NCBI GenBank assembly: GCA_045544575.1
Contig: JAZPZG010000028.1
Location: 20,565 to 84,564, forward strand
Source: Clostridia bacterium
Lineage (GTDB): Bacteria > Bacillota > Clostridia > UBA1212
Length of the DNA: 64,000 nucleotides
Direction: 5' to 3'
The notes under the pieces were generated by a model. The model did not search any database, had not been told where the DNA came from, and saw only the letters and a program-made list of their open reading frames with translations. The position numbers were made by a program, and so were the translations under genes. Below, one piece after another: positions 47,371 to 56,511 of the stretch. Every line of letters starts with the position of its first letter. Within the stretch, counting starts at the first letter, position 1.

Positions 47371-48682
47371 CTCCCGATTAACAGTAAATCAAAAACAAGC
47401 GTACTACAAGCAAGTATTCTACGTGAGCATGAGCGTAATGGCTTTGATTTTTGTTACGGTGCTTTTTCTTACGGGGGGCTACTCGATGCGAGGATTGCTC
47501 TACCAAAAAGAAGATCAGTCGTTTATGGACTTTTTTAACAGTATGCTGTACAATATAAACGAGCCGTATGAAAACTATGTTTTCTACCCGCCGCTTTCAA
47601 CGATTTTGTATAAGCTTTTATTGTTGCTTGTTCCGCAAAATATAATAGATGCGCTTATATATAACCAATACACCACGCTTTTCAATGCAGATATTAAAAT
47701 GTATCAGCAATTTATGGTGCCGTTTATTATATACACTCTGATAACCTTTGTTGCACTGTACTTTTCCTTAAAGGAGTGTAAAAAAGGCTCACTTGCGGAA
47801 AAACTGCTTTTCAGCGTTTTGATACTGACTTCTGCTCCGTTCGTTTTTATGTTTGAGCGAGCAAATAACATCATTATAGTACTTATATGCATGCTCATCT
47901 TTTTCGGAGCCTACAAGTCCGAAAAGCGCTTATACAGAGAATTATCGCTTGCGGCACTCGCTGTTGCAATTGCCGTAAAGATTTATCCTATAGTATTCTG
48001 TGCAGTGCTGCTTAAGGATAAAAGAATTAAAGATTTGCTGAAGGTTGCGCTTTATTCGCTTTTACTTTTTATTCTGCCCTTCTTCATTTTTTACGACGGG
48101 TTTGAAAGCATGAAGCTTTTACTTGCAAATTTGGCAAATTACGACAGCACAACCGGTCTCGGAACGGGTGTGCAATTGAATTTTGCGAAAATGATTATTT
48201 TCCCGCTCAGTCAATTTAACTTCTCAAACGAGGTGCTTTTGACTGCGGGCAATATCTTCAGAAATACAATTATGCTGTTTGCAGTGCCGGCGGCAATATT
48301 CATGAGGAAAGACTGGAAATGTGCAGCTCTGTGCTGCTGCATCATATATGGATTTCAAGGAACGTGTGCAACGTACCTGTTGACACTGTTTTGTATCCCT
48401 GTTATGATGCTTCTCGACAGCGAGTCGGTACCGTCCGTAAAAAACTACGTGTATCTGGTCTTGCTTATCCTTACACTGGGGCTGATAGTTTCATTGAACC
48501 CTGTAACAGGTGAGTTTACAAGATTTGTAGGAACAAAAATTTCAAGCTATGCAGTAATGATAATGACATTTATGCTTTCATACGACGGATTAAAGGATTT
48601 GTTTTCCGTTGTAGGCAAAATTATAAAACAAAAGAGTTACACAAAAGACAAAACATCCCGAAAGGACAATCACAAGGCATGA
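47363..48682 (+). CDS. Polytopic membrane protein, tandem paralogue 2
   Basis: 439 aa. Overlaps its paralogue by 8 nt. Same conserved blocks as 45997-47370. Confidence 0.5.
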   Translation: MSDSRLTVNQKQAYYKQVFYVSMSVMALIFVTVLFLTGGYSMRGLLYQKEDQSFMDFFNSMLYNINEPYENYVFYPPLSTILYKLLLLLVPQNIIDALIYNQYTTLFNADIKMYQQFMVPFIIYTLITFVALYFSLKECKKGSLAEKLLFSVLILTSAPFVFMFERANNIIIVLICMLIFFGAYKSEKRLYRELSLAALAVAIAVKIYPIVFCAVLLKDKRIKDLLKVALYSLLLFILPFFIFYDGFESMKLLLANLANYDSTTGLGTGVQLNFAKMIIFPLSQFNFSNEVLLTAGNIFRNTIMLFAVPAAIFMRKDWKCAALCCCIIYGFQGTCATYLLTLFCIPVMMLLDSESVPSVKNYVYLVLLILTLGLIVSLNPVTGEFTRFVGTKISSYAVMIMTFMLSYDGLKDLFSVVGKIIKQKSYTKDKTSRKDNHKA

Positions 48683-49404
48683 ATACTGAAAAAAAGCTCT
48701 ATAAATCAATAATATTTGACCTTGACGGCACTCTTATGAATACAAAGTCGGGAATACTGACGTGTCTCGAAAAAGTACTTGAACACCGTGGCCTTCCCCC
48801 TGTGGAAAAATCAAGGGAAATGAACTTTATAGGTCCTCCCATGCGGCAAGCACTTAAGGCAGAGTACGGACTCTCCGACGACGATGCTTTTTCAGCCGCA
48901 CAGGAATTTCGCGCCCTTTACGCAGAATCATACGCAATGATGGCCCGCTCTTACCCCACAATTAAAGCGCTTTTAAAAGAACTCAAAGATAATGGCTGCA
49001 AGCTTAGCGTTGCGACTTATAAGCGTGAAGACGTGGCAAAAAAATTGCTCAAACAGCACAAACTCGATACTTTCTTTGACGTGATACGAGGTTCTGACTT
49101 TGAGGGAAAACTTTCAAAAAGAGATATTGTCGAAAACGCAATCAACGGAGTCAACGTCAGCGCAAAAAATACCGTTATTATCGGAGACAGCACCGGCGAC
49201 GGCAGAGCCGCAAAACAAGTCGGCGCAGATTTCATTGCCGTTACTTACGGCTTTGGCTTCAGATGTGAAAAGGATTTTGACGGCGTAACACCGATTGCGA
49301 TATGTCGCACGGTAAAGGATATTTTCCCGGCATGCTATAAAGTTCGCAAGAAAAAAACCTCATCCGTTTCTCCACTAATTCTTGCGGCTGCAAAAACCGT
49401 TTGA
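48679..49404 (+). CDS. HAD-IA family hydrolase (phosphoglycolate phosphatase-like)
   Basis: IIFDLDGTLMNT (DxDxT), SVATYK and IIGDSTGDGRAA motifs. 4-nt overlap with the upstream gene. Confidence 0.8.
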   Translation: MNTEKKLYKSIIFDLDGTLMNTKSGILTCLEKVLEHRGLPPVEKSREMNFIGPPMRQALKAEYGLSDDDAFSAAQEFRALYAESYAMMARSYPTIKALLKELKDNGCKLSVATYKREDVAKKLLKQHKLDTFFDVIRGSDFEGKLSKRDIVENAINGVNVSAKNTVIIGDSTGDGRAAKQVGADFIAVTYGFGFRCEKDFDGVTPIAICRTVKDIFPACYKVRKKKTSSVSPLILAAAKTV

Positions 49405-49440
49405 TAACTTAAGCTGTGAATTCGGAAAGGCAGGTTAATT

Positions 49441-50289
49441 ATGAGCAGAGCAATTATCGCTATAATGTACGACTTTGACAGGACTCTATCAACAGAGGAT
49501 ATGCAAAATTATCGCTTTATCCCTAGCTTGGGAATGAATGCAGAGGAATTTTGGGCTCTTGCCAACAGTTTTGCTCAAGAAAGCCGCATGGACGGCATTT
49601 TAGCATATATGTACACAATGATTGACCAAGCAAAACAGCGGGATATCAGTATTAAGAGAGAAACACTGGTGGAGATGGGCCGTAGTATTGAGCTTTTCCC
49701 CGGAGTCACGGAATGGTTTAAAAGAATTAACGATTACGGTCACAGTCAGGGCGTCGAGGTCGAGCATTACGTTATTTCATCGGGCCTTCGTGAGATTATT
49801 CAAGGCTCACCTATCTGCAAGGAATTTAAAGAAATTTTTGCGAGTGAATTTCATTATGACAGCAAAGGCGAACCGGTATGGCCTAAGGCAGCTGTTAACT
49901 ACACGAATAAAACACAGTTTATTTACCGCATAAACAAGGGAATTCTCGACATTTCCAATGATAAAGATCTCAACCGTTCAATGCCCGAAAACAGCAAGCG
50001 TGTCAGATTCAGCAACATGATTTACATAGGTGACGGACTCTCTGACGTTCCTTGCATGAAAATGGTAAAAGCCTACGGCGGTCAGTCGATCGCAGTGTTT
50101 GAAAACGAGGACAGAGCAAAAGTCGAAGAGCTTCTTGCACGCGACCGTGTGGATTACATATATCCTGCGGATTATCGCGAAAATTCGGGACTTGACGTTA
50201 CGGTAAAAAATATTATCAGAAAAATGTCAATCTCCGATGTGTTGGCAAGGGAAACCTCCCAGCAGCGCAATTCGCTCTGTAAAAAGTAA
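49441..50289 (+). CDS. HAD-IB-like hydrolase
   Basis: 282 aa. MYDFDRTLS (DxDxT), VISSGL and IYIGDGLSDVPCMK motifs. Confidence 0.7.
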   Translation: MSRAIIAIMYDFDRTLSTEDMQNYRFIPSLGMNAEEFWALANSFAQESRMDGILAYMYTMIDQAKQRDISIKRETLVEMGRSIELFPGVTEWFKRINDYGHSQGVEVEHYVISSGLREIIQGSPICKEFKEIFASEFHYDSKGEPVWPKAAVNYTNKTQFIYRINKGILDISNDKDLNRSMPENSKRVRFSNMIYIGDGLSDVPCMKMVKAYGGQSIAVFENEDRAKVEELLARDRVDYIYPADYRENSGLDVTVKNIIRKMSISDVLARETSQQRNSLCKK

Positions 50290-50319
50290 GATTGTGTATA
50301 GAAGAAAGGAATATTTAAT

Positions 50320-51408
50320 ATGACTGAAATTGATATTTTTTCGGGATTTCTCGGAGCAGGAAAAACGACACTTATAAAAAAACTTATTAAAGAAGCCTAT
50401 GCAGGAGAAAAAGTTGTCCTCATCGAAAATGAATTCGGTGAAATAGGTATTGACGGCGGCTTTATGAAGGAAGCGGGTATTGAAATTACCGAGATGAATT
50501 CCGGATGTATTTGTTGCAGCCTTGTAGGAGATTTTACGGTTGCTCTTGAAAAGGTTTTAACCGAACTTGCTCCCCAAAGAATACTGATAGAGCCCTCAGG
50601 TGTAGGAAAACTGAGCGACGTACTGGGTGCCGTCAATGGAATTGACTCTTCCAAGGCTTTTGTAAGCGGTATTGTTACCGTAGTCGATGCAAATAAATTT
50701 AAAGTTTATTCAAAGAATTTCGGAGAATTTTTCTACAACCAAATCGAACATGCAGCCACGATTATCTTGAGTCACACAGCCGGCATTTCAGAAAAGAAGC
50801 TCAGCGACTGCGTAGAAAAAATTCGTGAGAAAAATCCGAATGCAGTACTCGTAACAACGCCTTGGGACAAAATCAGCGGAGCTCAGCTTTTGTCTGCAAT
50901 AAGACGTAAGAATACGCTTCAAGCTACCTTGGACGAGCTTGAGTCAGAGCAGCACTGCCATCATCACCACGAGCATGAACATCATCATGAGCACGAACAC
51001 GGAGAGCACTGCACCTGCGGTTGCCATGACCATGAACACGAGCATGAGCATGAACACCATCATGAGCACGAGCACGGAGAGCATTGCACCTGCGGCTGTC
51101 ATGACCATGAACACGAACACGGACACCACCACGCAGATGAGGTCTTCACAAGCTGGGGAATTGAAACTACCCGTGTTTACAGCACCGAGGAAATTACAGA
51201 AAAGCTTGAAGCTCTTATGGACGAAGGCAAATACGGCTTTGTATTAAGAGCAAAAGGCATAGTTGCGGGAAATGACGGCAATTGGATACATTTTGATTAT
51301 GTTCCCGGAGAACCCGACGTCAGAAACGGCAGTGCGGAAATCACAGGCAGACTTTGCGTTATCGGTTCAAAGCTTAACAAGGAAAATATTGCGGAGCTTT
51401 TTAACTAA
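50320..51408 (+). CDS. COG0523-family G3E GTPase (CobW/ZigA-like metallochaperone) with His/Cys-rich insert
   Basis: Walker A GFLGAGKTTLI, metal motif GCICCS, EPSGV, and a 60-aa His/Glu/Cys-rich segment (50953-51132) before the CobW_C-like domain. Confidence 0.85.
   Translation: MTEIDIFSGFLGAGKTTLIKKLIKEAYAGEKVVLIENEFGEIGIDGGFMKEAGIEITEMNSGCICCSLVGDFTVALEKVLTELAPQRILIEPSGVGKLSDVLGAVNGIDSSKAFVSGIVTVVDANKFKVYSKNFGEFFYNQIEHAATIILSHTAGISEKKLSDCVEKIREKNPNAVLVTTPWDKISGAQLLSAIRRKNTLQATLDELESEQHCHHHHEHEHHHEHEHGEHCTCGCHDHEHEHEHEHHHEHEHGEHCTCGCHDHEHEHGHHHADEVFTSWGIETTRVYSTEEITEKLEALMDEGKYGFVLRAKGIVAGNDGNWIHFDYVPGEPDVRNGSAEITGRLCVIGSKLNKENIAELFN
50980..51120 (+). repeat. 75-nt-period tandem duplication encoding HHHEHEHGEHCTCGCHDHEHEH twice
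   Basis: Copy 1 is 50980-51045 and copy 2 is 51055-51120. The 22 codons are identical at the protein level and differ at 7 synonymous third positions. Confidence 0.8.
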
Positions 51409-51441
51409 GCAAACCACTTTACCCTTTATCAGGAGGAAAAT

Positions 51442-52392
51442 ATGGAAGTACCGGTTTATTTGTTTACAGGCTTTCTTGACAGCGGAAAAACTACGTTTAT
51501 ACAGTCTACTTTAGAGGATAAACGCTTTAATAACGGAACCTCAACTCTTTTACTTTTGTGCGAGGACGGAGAGGAAGAATATGACAGCTCCCGCTTTGCA
51601 TCAAAAAACTGTATTCATATAGAAGAAATTGAATCACTTGAAGAACTTACCGAGGATAATCTTGCCGCTTTGCTTAAAAAGCACAAGGCAAAGCGTGTTG
51701 TAATAGAATGTAACGGTATGTGGCAGCTCGATTCACTGTTAGGTGCCCTGCCGGAAGGCTGGCTTGTCTATCAGGAAATGAGTTTTGCAGATGCCTCGAC
51801 GTACCTCACGTATAATGCAAACATGCGTAATTTAGTGGGTGATAAGCTGAAAAACTGTGATATGGTGGTTTTCAACCGCTTTAAGCCCGAAATGAATGAT
51901 AAAAAAGAGGAATTTCATAAAATAGTGCGCGGTATCTCACGACGTGCTGACATTGTTTACGACTACGGCGACCACGCAGAGCCGGATGATATTGTTGATC
52001 CTCTGCCCTTTGATATTGAGGCCGATACCATTGAGATTGCCGACAACGATTACGGCATCTGGTATGCAGACCTTACAGAGGATGCGTCCAAGTATACGGG
52101 CAAGACGGTAAACTTCGTCGGAATTGTGGCAAAAAACGGCAAGCTCCCTCCGAACACCTTTATCATCGGCAGACACATTATGACGTGCTGTGCAGACGAC
52201 GTAATATTCGGCGGACTTGCCTGTAAGTGGACGGGAGTTAACGCTCTTAACCATCTCGATTGGGTAAAAATCACCGCGAAAATTACTTTCGAAAAAAGCA
52301 AGCTTTACAATAACGATGCAGGTCCCGTGCTGAACGTACTGAAAGCAGAACGTGCCGAAAAACCCGATCCCGAGCTTGTAACTTTTATATAA
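51442..52392 (+). CDS. COG0523-like GTPase domain fused to a C-terminal CC-motif domain (DUF1980/TIGR03943-like by recollection)
   Basis: Walker A GFLDSGKTTFI and ECNGM, but no CxCC motif. The C-terminal ~110 aa has GKTVNFVGIV...IIGRHIMTCCADDV...WVKITAKI. Confidence 0.65.
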   Translation: MEVPVYLFTGFLDSGKTTFIQSTLEDKRFNNGTSTLLLLCEDGEEEYDSSRFASKNCIHIEEIESLEELTEDNLAALLKKHKAKRVVIECNGMWQLDSLLGALPEGWLVYQEMSFADASTYLTYNANMRNLVGDKLKNCDMVVFNRFKPEMNDKKEEFHKIVRGISRRADIVYDYGDHAEPDDIVDPLPFDIEADTIEIADNDYGIWYADLTEDASKYTGKTVNFVGIVAKNGKLPPNTFIIGRHIMTCCADDVIFGGLACKWTGVNALNHLDWVKITAKITFEKSKLYNNDAGPVLNVLKAERAEKPDPELVTFI

Positions 52393-52400
52393 CGTAATAT

Positions 52401-53096
52401 TTATATTCCTTTTACGATATAATCAGCGCCACACTCACGCATTTCGGCTTCACTGCCGTAGCCGTACAGCACCCCTGCACATTTTATGCCGCAGCTGTGG
52501 GCGCCGTTCACATCGTGCAAACGGTCACCGACCATCAGAATGTGCTTCTTGGCTTCGTCATTATCAAGACCCAAGCTAAGAAGCGCATATTTTATTACTT
52601 CATCCTTTTTGGTACGTGTCTCCTCAAGCGAGCTTCCTGCCAAAAAATCAAAATAACTGTCAAGCTCAAAGCGCTCAATGATACGCTTAGAAAAAGGCTC
52701 GGGTTTGGATGTCGCAACAACGAGTTTATAATCTTTTTTTCTCAAATATTCAAGCTGAGAATGTATACCCTCATAAGGAGTGTTCTCAAAAAGCCCTTTT
52801 TCGCTGAAATATTCCCGGTAAAAATCAACGGCTTTCCTTGCTTCCTCATCGCTCATTCCGTAGTACTTCTGAAATGATTCTATAAGCGGCGGTCCTATAA
52901 AAGCGTATAATTTCTCGCGGCACGGAGGCTCAATATCCATTTTTTGCAGTGCGTACATTACAGAATTGGTAATACCGATTCCGGGGTCAGTCAGCGTTCC
53001 GTCAAGGTCAAAAAATACATGTGTTACGTTAGTTTCACTGTCTTTACCAAGCTCCGGCAAATCTAAAACCTGTAATAAATTTTCAAATATTCTCAT
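52401..53096 (-). CDS. HAD-IA family hydrolase
   Basis: VFFDLDGTLTD, VATSKP and MVGDRLHDVNGA motifs. Confidence 0.8.
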   Translation of the reverse strand: MRIFENLLQVLDLPELGKDSETNVTHVFFDLDGTLTDPGIGITNSVMYALQKMDIEPPCREKLYAFIGPPLIESFQKYYGMSDEEARKAVDFYREYFSEKGLFENTPYEGIHSQLEYLRKKDYKLVVATSKPEPFSKRIIERFELDSYFDFLAGSSLEETRTKKDEVIKYALLSLGLDNDEAKKHILMVGDRLHDVNGAHSCGIKCAGVLYGYGSEAEMRECGADYIVKGI

Positions 53097-53187
53097 ATCG
53101 TCAACCTATCTTTTACAGTAATATAACATAATTGTACACGTTTGATTCTGCAAAAGCAATTAAAATTGTGTAGAGACGCTTTCGTTA

Positions 53188-55701
53188 TTATCCTATATGA
53201 GCACACAGTACAGTCATGTCATCTTTAGGCTCACCACCGCTTGCTGACAGCGCAATGTTTAATATTGCATCTGCAAGAATTTTAGGGTTTGAAGTCTGCA
53301 AAGCCTCAATAAAGCTGAAAAAGTCTGCATCGCTGTGTCCTTTTCCCTTAAAAGCTTCAATAATGCCGTCTGAAAACATTATTATGTCGTCTCCCGCTTC
53401 CAAAAAACGGTCTACCAAAAGACAGGAGGGCGAAATATCAGGGTCACTGACAAGACCGATGGGAACAGAGGAAACAACAACGGTCTCTATTTTTCCCCGT
53501 CTCCGTATGGCAGAAGAAACTGCGCCAAGCTTTAAAAACGTTGCTTTACCGGTATAAAGGTCAACCGTACATAAATCCACCGTGGCGGAAACAACGCGGT
53601 CACAGCCTGTCTCCAATAGAGAGTTAACCATCGATATTGCAGCGTCACATCTGAGTCCGCTTTCCATAAAAAGCTCCAAAAGCTTTATTACAGAGCGGCT
53701 CTGAGGGGCAGCCTTTTCCCCTGAACCCATGCCGTCGCTTATTGCCATAAAATACTGCCCGTGACCGAGCTGAATGGATGAATGGCAGTCACCGCTGCTT
53801 TTACACCCGTGCGAAGGACAGCATGCCACACCCGTTGCTATTTTAAAAGACTCTGCTTCGGAAAAAACAATGGGACACCACCTTCTTCCCTTCGAATTAC
53901 TGCAAGAAGTTCTTTCGGACGGAACTACAAAATCATACGCCGCCGAGGTTTCTGCTCCGTTAATTATCATGTTGCGCCCCAAAACTCTTGAAATTATCGG
54001 TAAATATGCAGTAATACACTTTTTTTGCGAGCCGCAGCAGGCAATATCAAGAGATACGTCGTATCTGCCGTAGCGATTTTTGGATACGGTAACGTTTTTC
54101 GCCTTAAGGTCGTTTTCATACAGTGATCTTGCAATACGTCTTTCTAAATTTTTTTCAAAATTAACACTGATATCAACCTCTTCTGCAAGAGTTTCCAAAA
54201 TATCAGCCATGCTTTTTAACTGCAATGGCACAATTTTTTTATTATCCTCCATGCGCCTCTGCCAAAGCTTCCCGAGTTTATAAATTTCGTAGGCATTAAT
54301 AACCTCTGCCGCAATTTCATCAGCCCTCGGACAATCCTTTGAAAGCGAAAGAGGTATGTCAAAATGTCCTATGCGGCCTTCTTTTTCCAAAATGGACGTT
54401 ATTTTTCCTATTTGTTGATAATTTTTATAAAAATGCTTTTCCCAGCAAAGCCCCTTATAATGGCAGGCACCGCAAACACGGTCGCTTACTCTTTCCACTA
54501 TTTGCATAAGATAGTCGCCTTTATCGGTTACCCGACTTTTTTCGGTCAGCTCCGTACACACGTTTGACATCTCACGCATAATTTTTGAAAATTCATTAAG
54601 CCTTCCCACAGCGGTACGCCTCAGCTTCTCCGCATAATTAATTTTTATTGTAGGCACGGCAACTCCCCTGAACTGCGGAAGCTTTAAAAATTCGGTGAAA
54701 CGCTCGGGCAATACCGCAAAAAGCAAAATTGCAAAAAGCATTTCATAAATACTTATAACGAAGGCCTTGTCTGCGGCAATAATGCTCGCCAAAATCAGAT
54801 TGCCCAAGACAAAACCCAAACACACGCCTATTTTACGATATTGATTTAAAAGTCCTGCAAGAAACCCGCAAAAGCCGTATGCCGCAACGGTTGTGCCCGA
54901 CAGCGTAATTTCCTGCATTCCCGATACTGCGGTCAATAAAATACCGACGGTAACCCCGCAGGCCGCACCTGTCCCAAGACCGCCCCTGTGACAAAAAATC
55001 ATAATAATAATTAAACAAATAATATTTCTTAAGGAAACACCCAAAACCAAAACGGCAGGCAGACCCATTACGGCAACAGCACCCGTTATTGCAACACATG
55101 CCATTTCCTCATTTGTCATTACTTTACCGTTAATATCATCTGCAAAAACAAGTGTTACGTTTCTGAACACGTAAAAAGCCGCAAACGAAATTACCACCTG
55201 CATAATTAAAGCAAAAATCTGACTCAAACGCATCTGTGCGGCGGCAAGCGTTATTATCGACGAGCCGGCAAGACTTATAGCGAGCGCAATTCCTGACTTT
55301 ACCGACATAGGTACACTTTTTAAGCGACCTCCATTGTTTTCAAGCTCTCCGTCGCTGTCATCAATAGCCCTTCCCGTGCCTCCGGTAAGAAAAAGCATTA
55401 TCCCATAGTAAAAAACCGCACTGAACAGCGCTACAAAAAACTGCCACCAATCTTCCGTAAAAAGCAACCCGACCGACATTGTAATGCCGTACAAAATACT
55501 GCATACGGGTCGAAGCCTGCAATTAGGTGCAGTTACCGCGGCGGCAAAGGCCGCGATTCCAAACGGTAAAATTCCTCCCGGCAAATCAACACGCCCTATA
55601 AACAGCAGAATTATTCCTGTTATGACGTTTACGCGGTCGATTTCCGCCTCCTTAGCAAGTTCCCTAGCCTTGCCCAAATGTAATTCCAATGCACTTTTCA
55701 T
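53188..55701 (-). CDS. spoIIE: Stage II sporulation protein E (membrane PP2C phosphatase)
   Basis: About 10 N-terminal TM helices, a central regulatory domain, and a C-terminal PP2C (MAISDGMGSGEKAA, IMFSDGIIEA, DDMTVLCAHI). The start is placed at MKSALELH (55701) after AGGGAG; the track extends to 55839. Confidence 0.9.
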   Translation of the reverse strand: MKSALELHLGKARELAKEAEIDRVNVITGIILLFIGRVDLPGGILPFGIAAFAAAVTAPNCRLRPVCSILYGITMSVGLLFTEDWWQFFVALFSAVFYYGIMLFLTGGTGRAIDDSDGELENNGGRLKSVPMSVKSGIALAISLAGSSIITLAAAQMRLSQIFALIMQVVISFAAFYVFRNVTLVFADDINGKVMTNEEMACVAITGAVAVMGLPAVLVLGVSLRNIICLIIIMIFCHRGGLGTGAACGVTVGILLTAVSGMQEITLSGTTVAAYGFCGFLAGLLNQYRKIGVCLGFVLGNLILASIIAADKAFVISIYEMLFAILLFAVLPERFTEFLKLPQFRGVAVPTIKINYAEKLRRTAVGRLNEFSKIMREMSNVCTELTEKSRVTDKGDYLMQIVERVSDRVCGACHYKGLCWEKHFYKNYQQIGKITSILEKEGRIGHFDIPLSLSKDCPRADEIAAEVINAYEIYKLGKLWQRRMEDNKKIVPLQLKSMADILETLAEEVDISVNFEKNLERRIARSLYENDLKAKNVTVSKNRYGRYDVSLDIACCGSQKKCITAYLPIISRVLGRNMIINGAETSAAYDFVVPSERTSCSNSKGRRWCPIVFSEAESFKIATGVACCPSHGCKSSGDCHSSIQLGHGQYFMAISDGMGSGEKAAPQSRSVIKLLELFMESGLRCDAAISMVNSLLETGCDRVVSATVDLCTVDLYTGKATFLKLGAVSSAIRRRGKIETVVVSSVPIGLVSDPDISPSCLLVDRFLEAGDDIIMFSDGIIEAFKGKGHSDADFFSFIEALQTSNPKILADAILNIALSASGGEPKDDMTVLCAHIG

Positions 55702-55775
55702 TTGTTTTTGCTCCCTCTTATGTACTCCATAACCATCTTTTGTAATAATTGCGAATTGATTATATATGGTCAGAA

Positions 55776-55802
55776 GGTCGAATCTCGACGAAGCAAGTCG
55801 AA
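55776..55802 (+). promoter_or_regulatory. Three 10-bp-phased Spo0A-box-like repeats upstream of spoIIE
   Basis: GGTCGAA (55776-55782), CGACGAA (55786-55792) and AGTCGAA (55796-55802), each 6/7 to TGNCGAA. They lie 75-101 nt upstream of the spoIIE ATG. A TATAAT on the gene strand is at 55764-55759. Confidence 0.45.
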
Positions 55803-55842
55803 CACTGCAAATAAAATTCAACGGATATAAAGTGCACACTTG

Positions 55843-55871
55843 TTGACTGCCAATAAAAGATTTGCTATAAT
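55843..55871 (+). promoter_or_regulatory. Sigma-A promoter for the cytidylate-kinase-like gene (TTGACT-17-TATAAT)
   Basis: TTGACT at 55843-55848, 17-nt spacer, TATAAT at 55866-55871. Confidence 0.5.
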
Positions 55872-55901
55872 TTAGTCAGTTAGAGCCGTGGAGGTGTTCG
55901 T

Positions 55902-56504
55902 GTGAAGAAATCTATTATTACCATCAGCCGTGAATTCGGCAGCGGAGGACGTACCATAGGAAAAGAGGTTGCCGCAAAGCTTGGTATTCCTTATTACGAT
56001 AAAGAATTGGTTGAAAAGGTGGCTGTTGAGACCGGTTTTGATCCGTCATACATTGCGGAACACGGCGAATATGCCCCAAGTAAAAATATGTTTGCTTATG
56101 CTTTTACCCATATCGGGACACCCGGAATCATGGATGGTCTCAGCTCTGCAGACTACCTTTGGATAAAGCAGAGACAAGTTATTCTGGATATTGCAGAGCA
56201 AGGACCCTGTGTAATCGTAGGGCGCTGTGCAGATTATATTTTAAAAGACCGTCAGGACTGTCTGCACGTTTTTATACATGCTTCTCCCGATATACGTGCC
56301 GAAAGAATTGTTCGTTTGTACGGTGAAAGTGAGAAAGCGCCGAAAAAGCGCCTTGATGAAAAAGACGGCAAGCGTCGTATAAATTATAAGCACTTTACAG
56401 GTCTTGATTGGGGAATGTCACAAAATTATGATATATCACTTGACAGCGGCGTAATCGGAATTGAACGCTGCGTAGATATCATCGTAGACATTGCCGGTGA
56501 GTAA
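55902..56504 (+). CDS. Cytidylate kinase-like family protein, paralogue 2
   Basis: MKKSIITISREFGSGGRTIGKEVAAKLGIPYYDKEL and VIVGRCADYILKD. GTG start after GGAGGTG. Confidence 0.7.
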   Translation: MKKSIITISREFGSGGRTIGKEVAAKLGIPYYDKELVEKVAVETGFDPSYIAEHGEYAPSKNMFAYAFTHIGTPGIMDGLSSADYLWIKQRQVILDIAEQGPCVIVGRCADYILKDRQDCLHVFIHASPDIRAERIVRLYGESEKAPKKRLDEKDGKRRINYKHFTGLDWGMSQNYDISLDSGVIGIERCVDIIVDIAGE

Positions 56505-56511
56505 AAGAATT

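Noticed and set aside
50953-51132. CAT/CAC/GAG-rich repetitive DNA considered as a microsatellite or CRISPR-like repeat
   Set aside because: It is in frame inside a COG0523 gene and encodes a His/Glu/Cys metal-binding insert. It is reported as a coding duplication instead.
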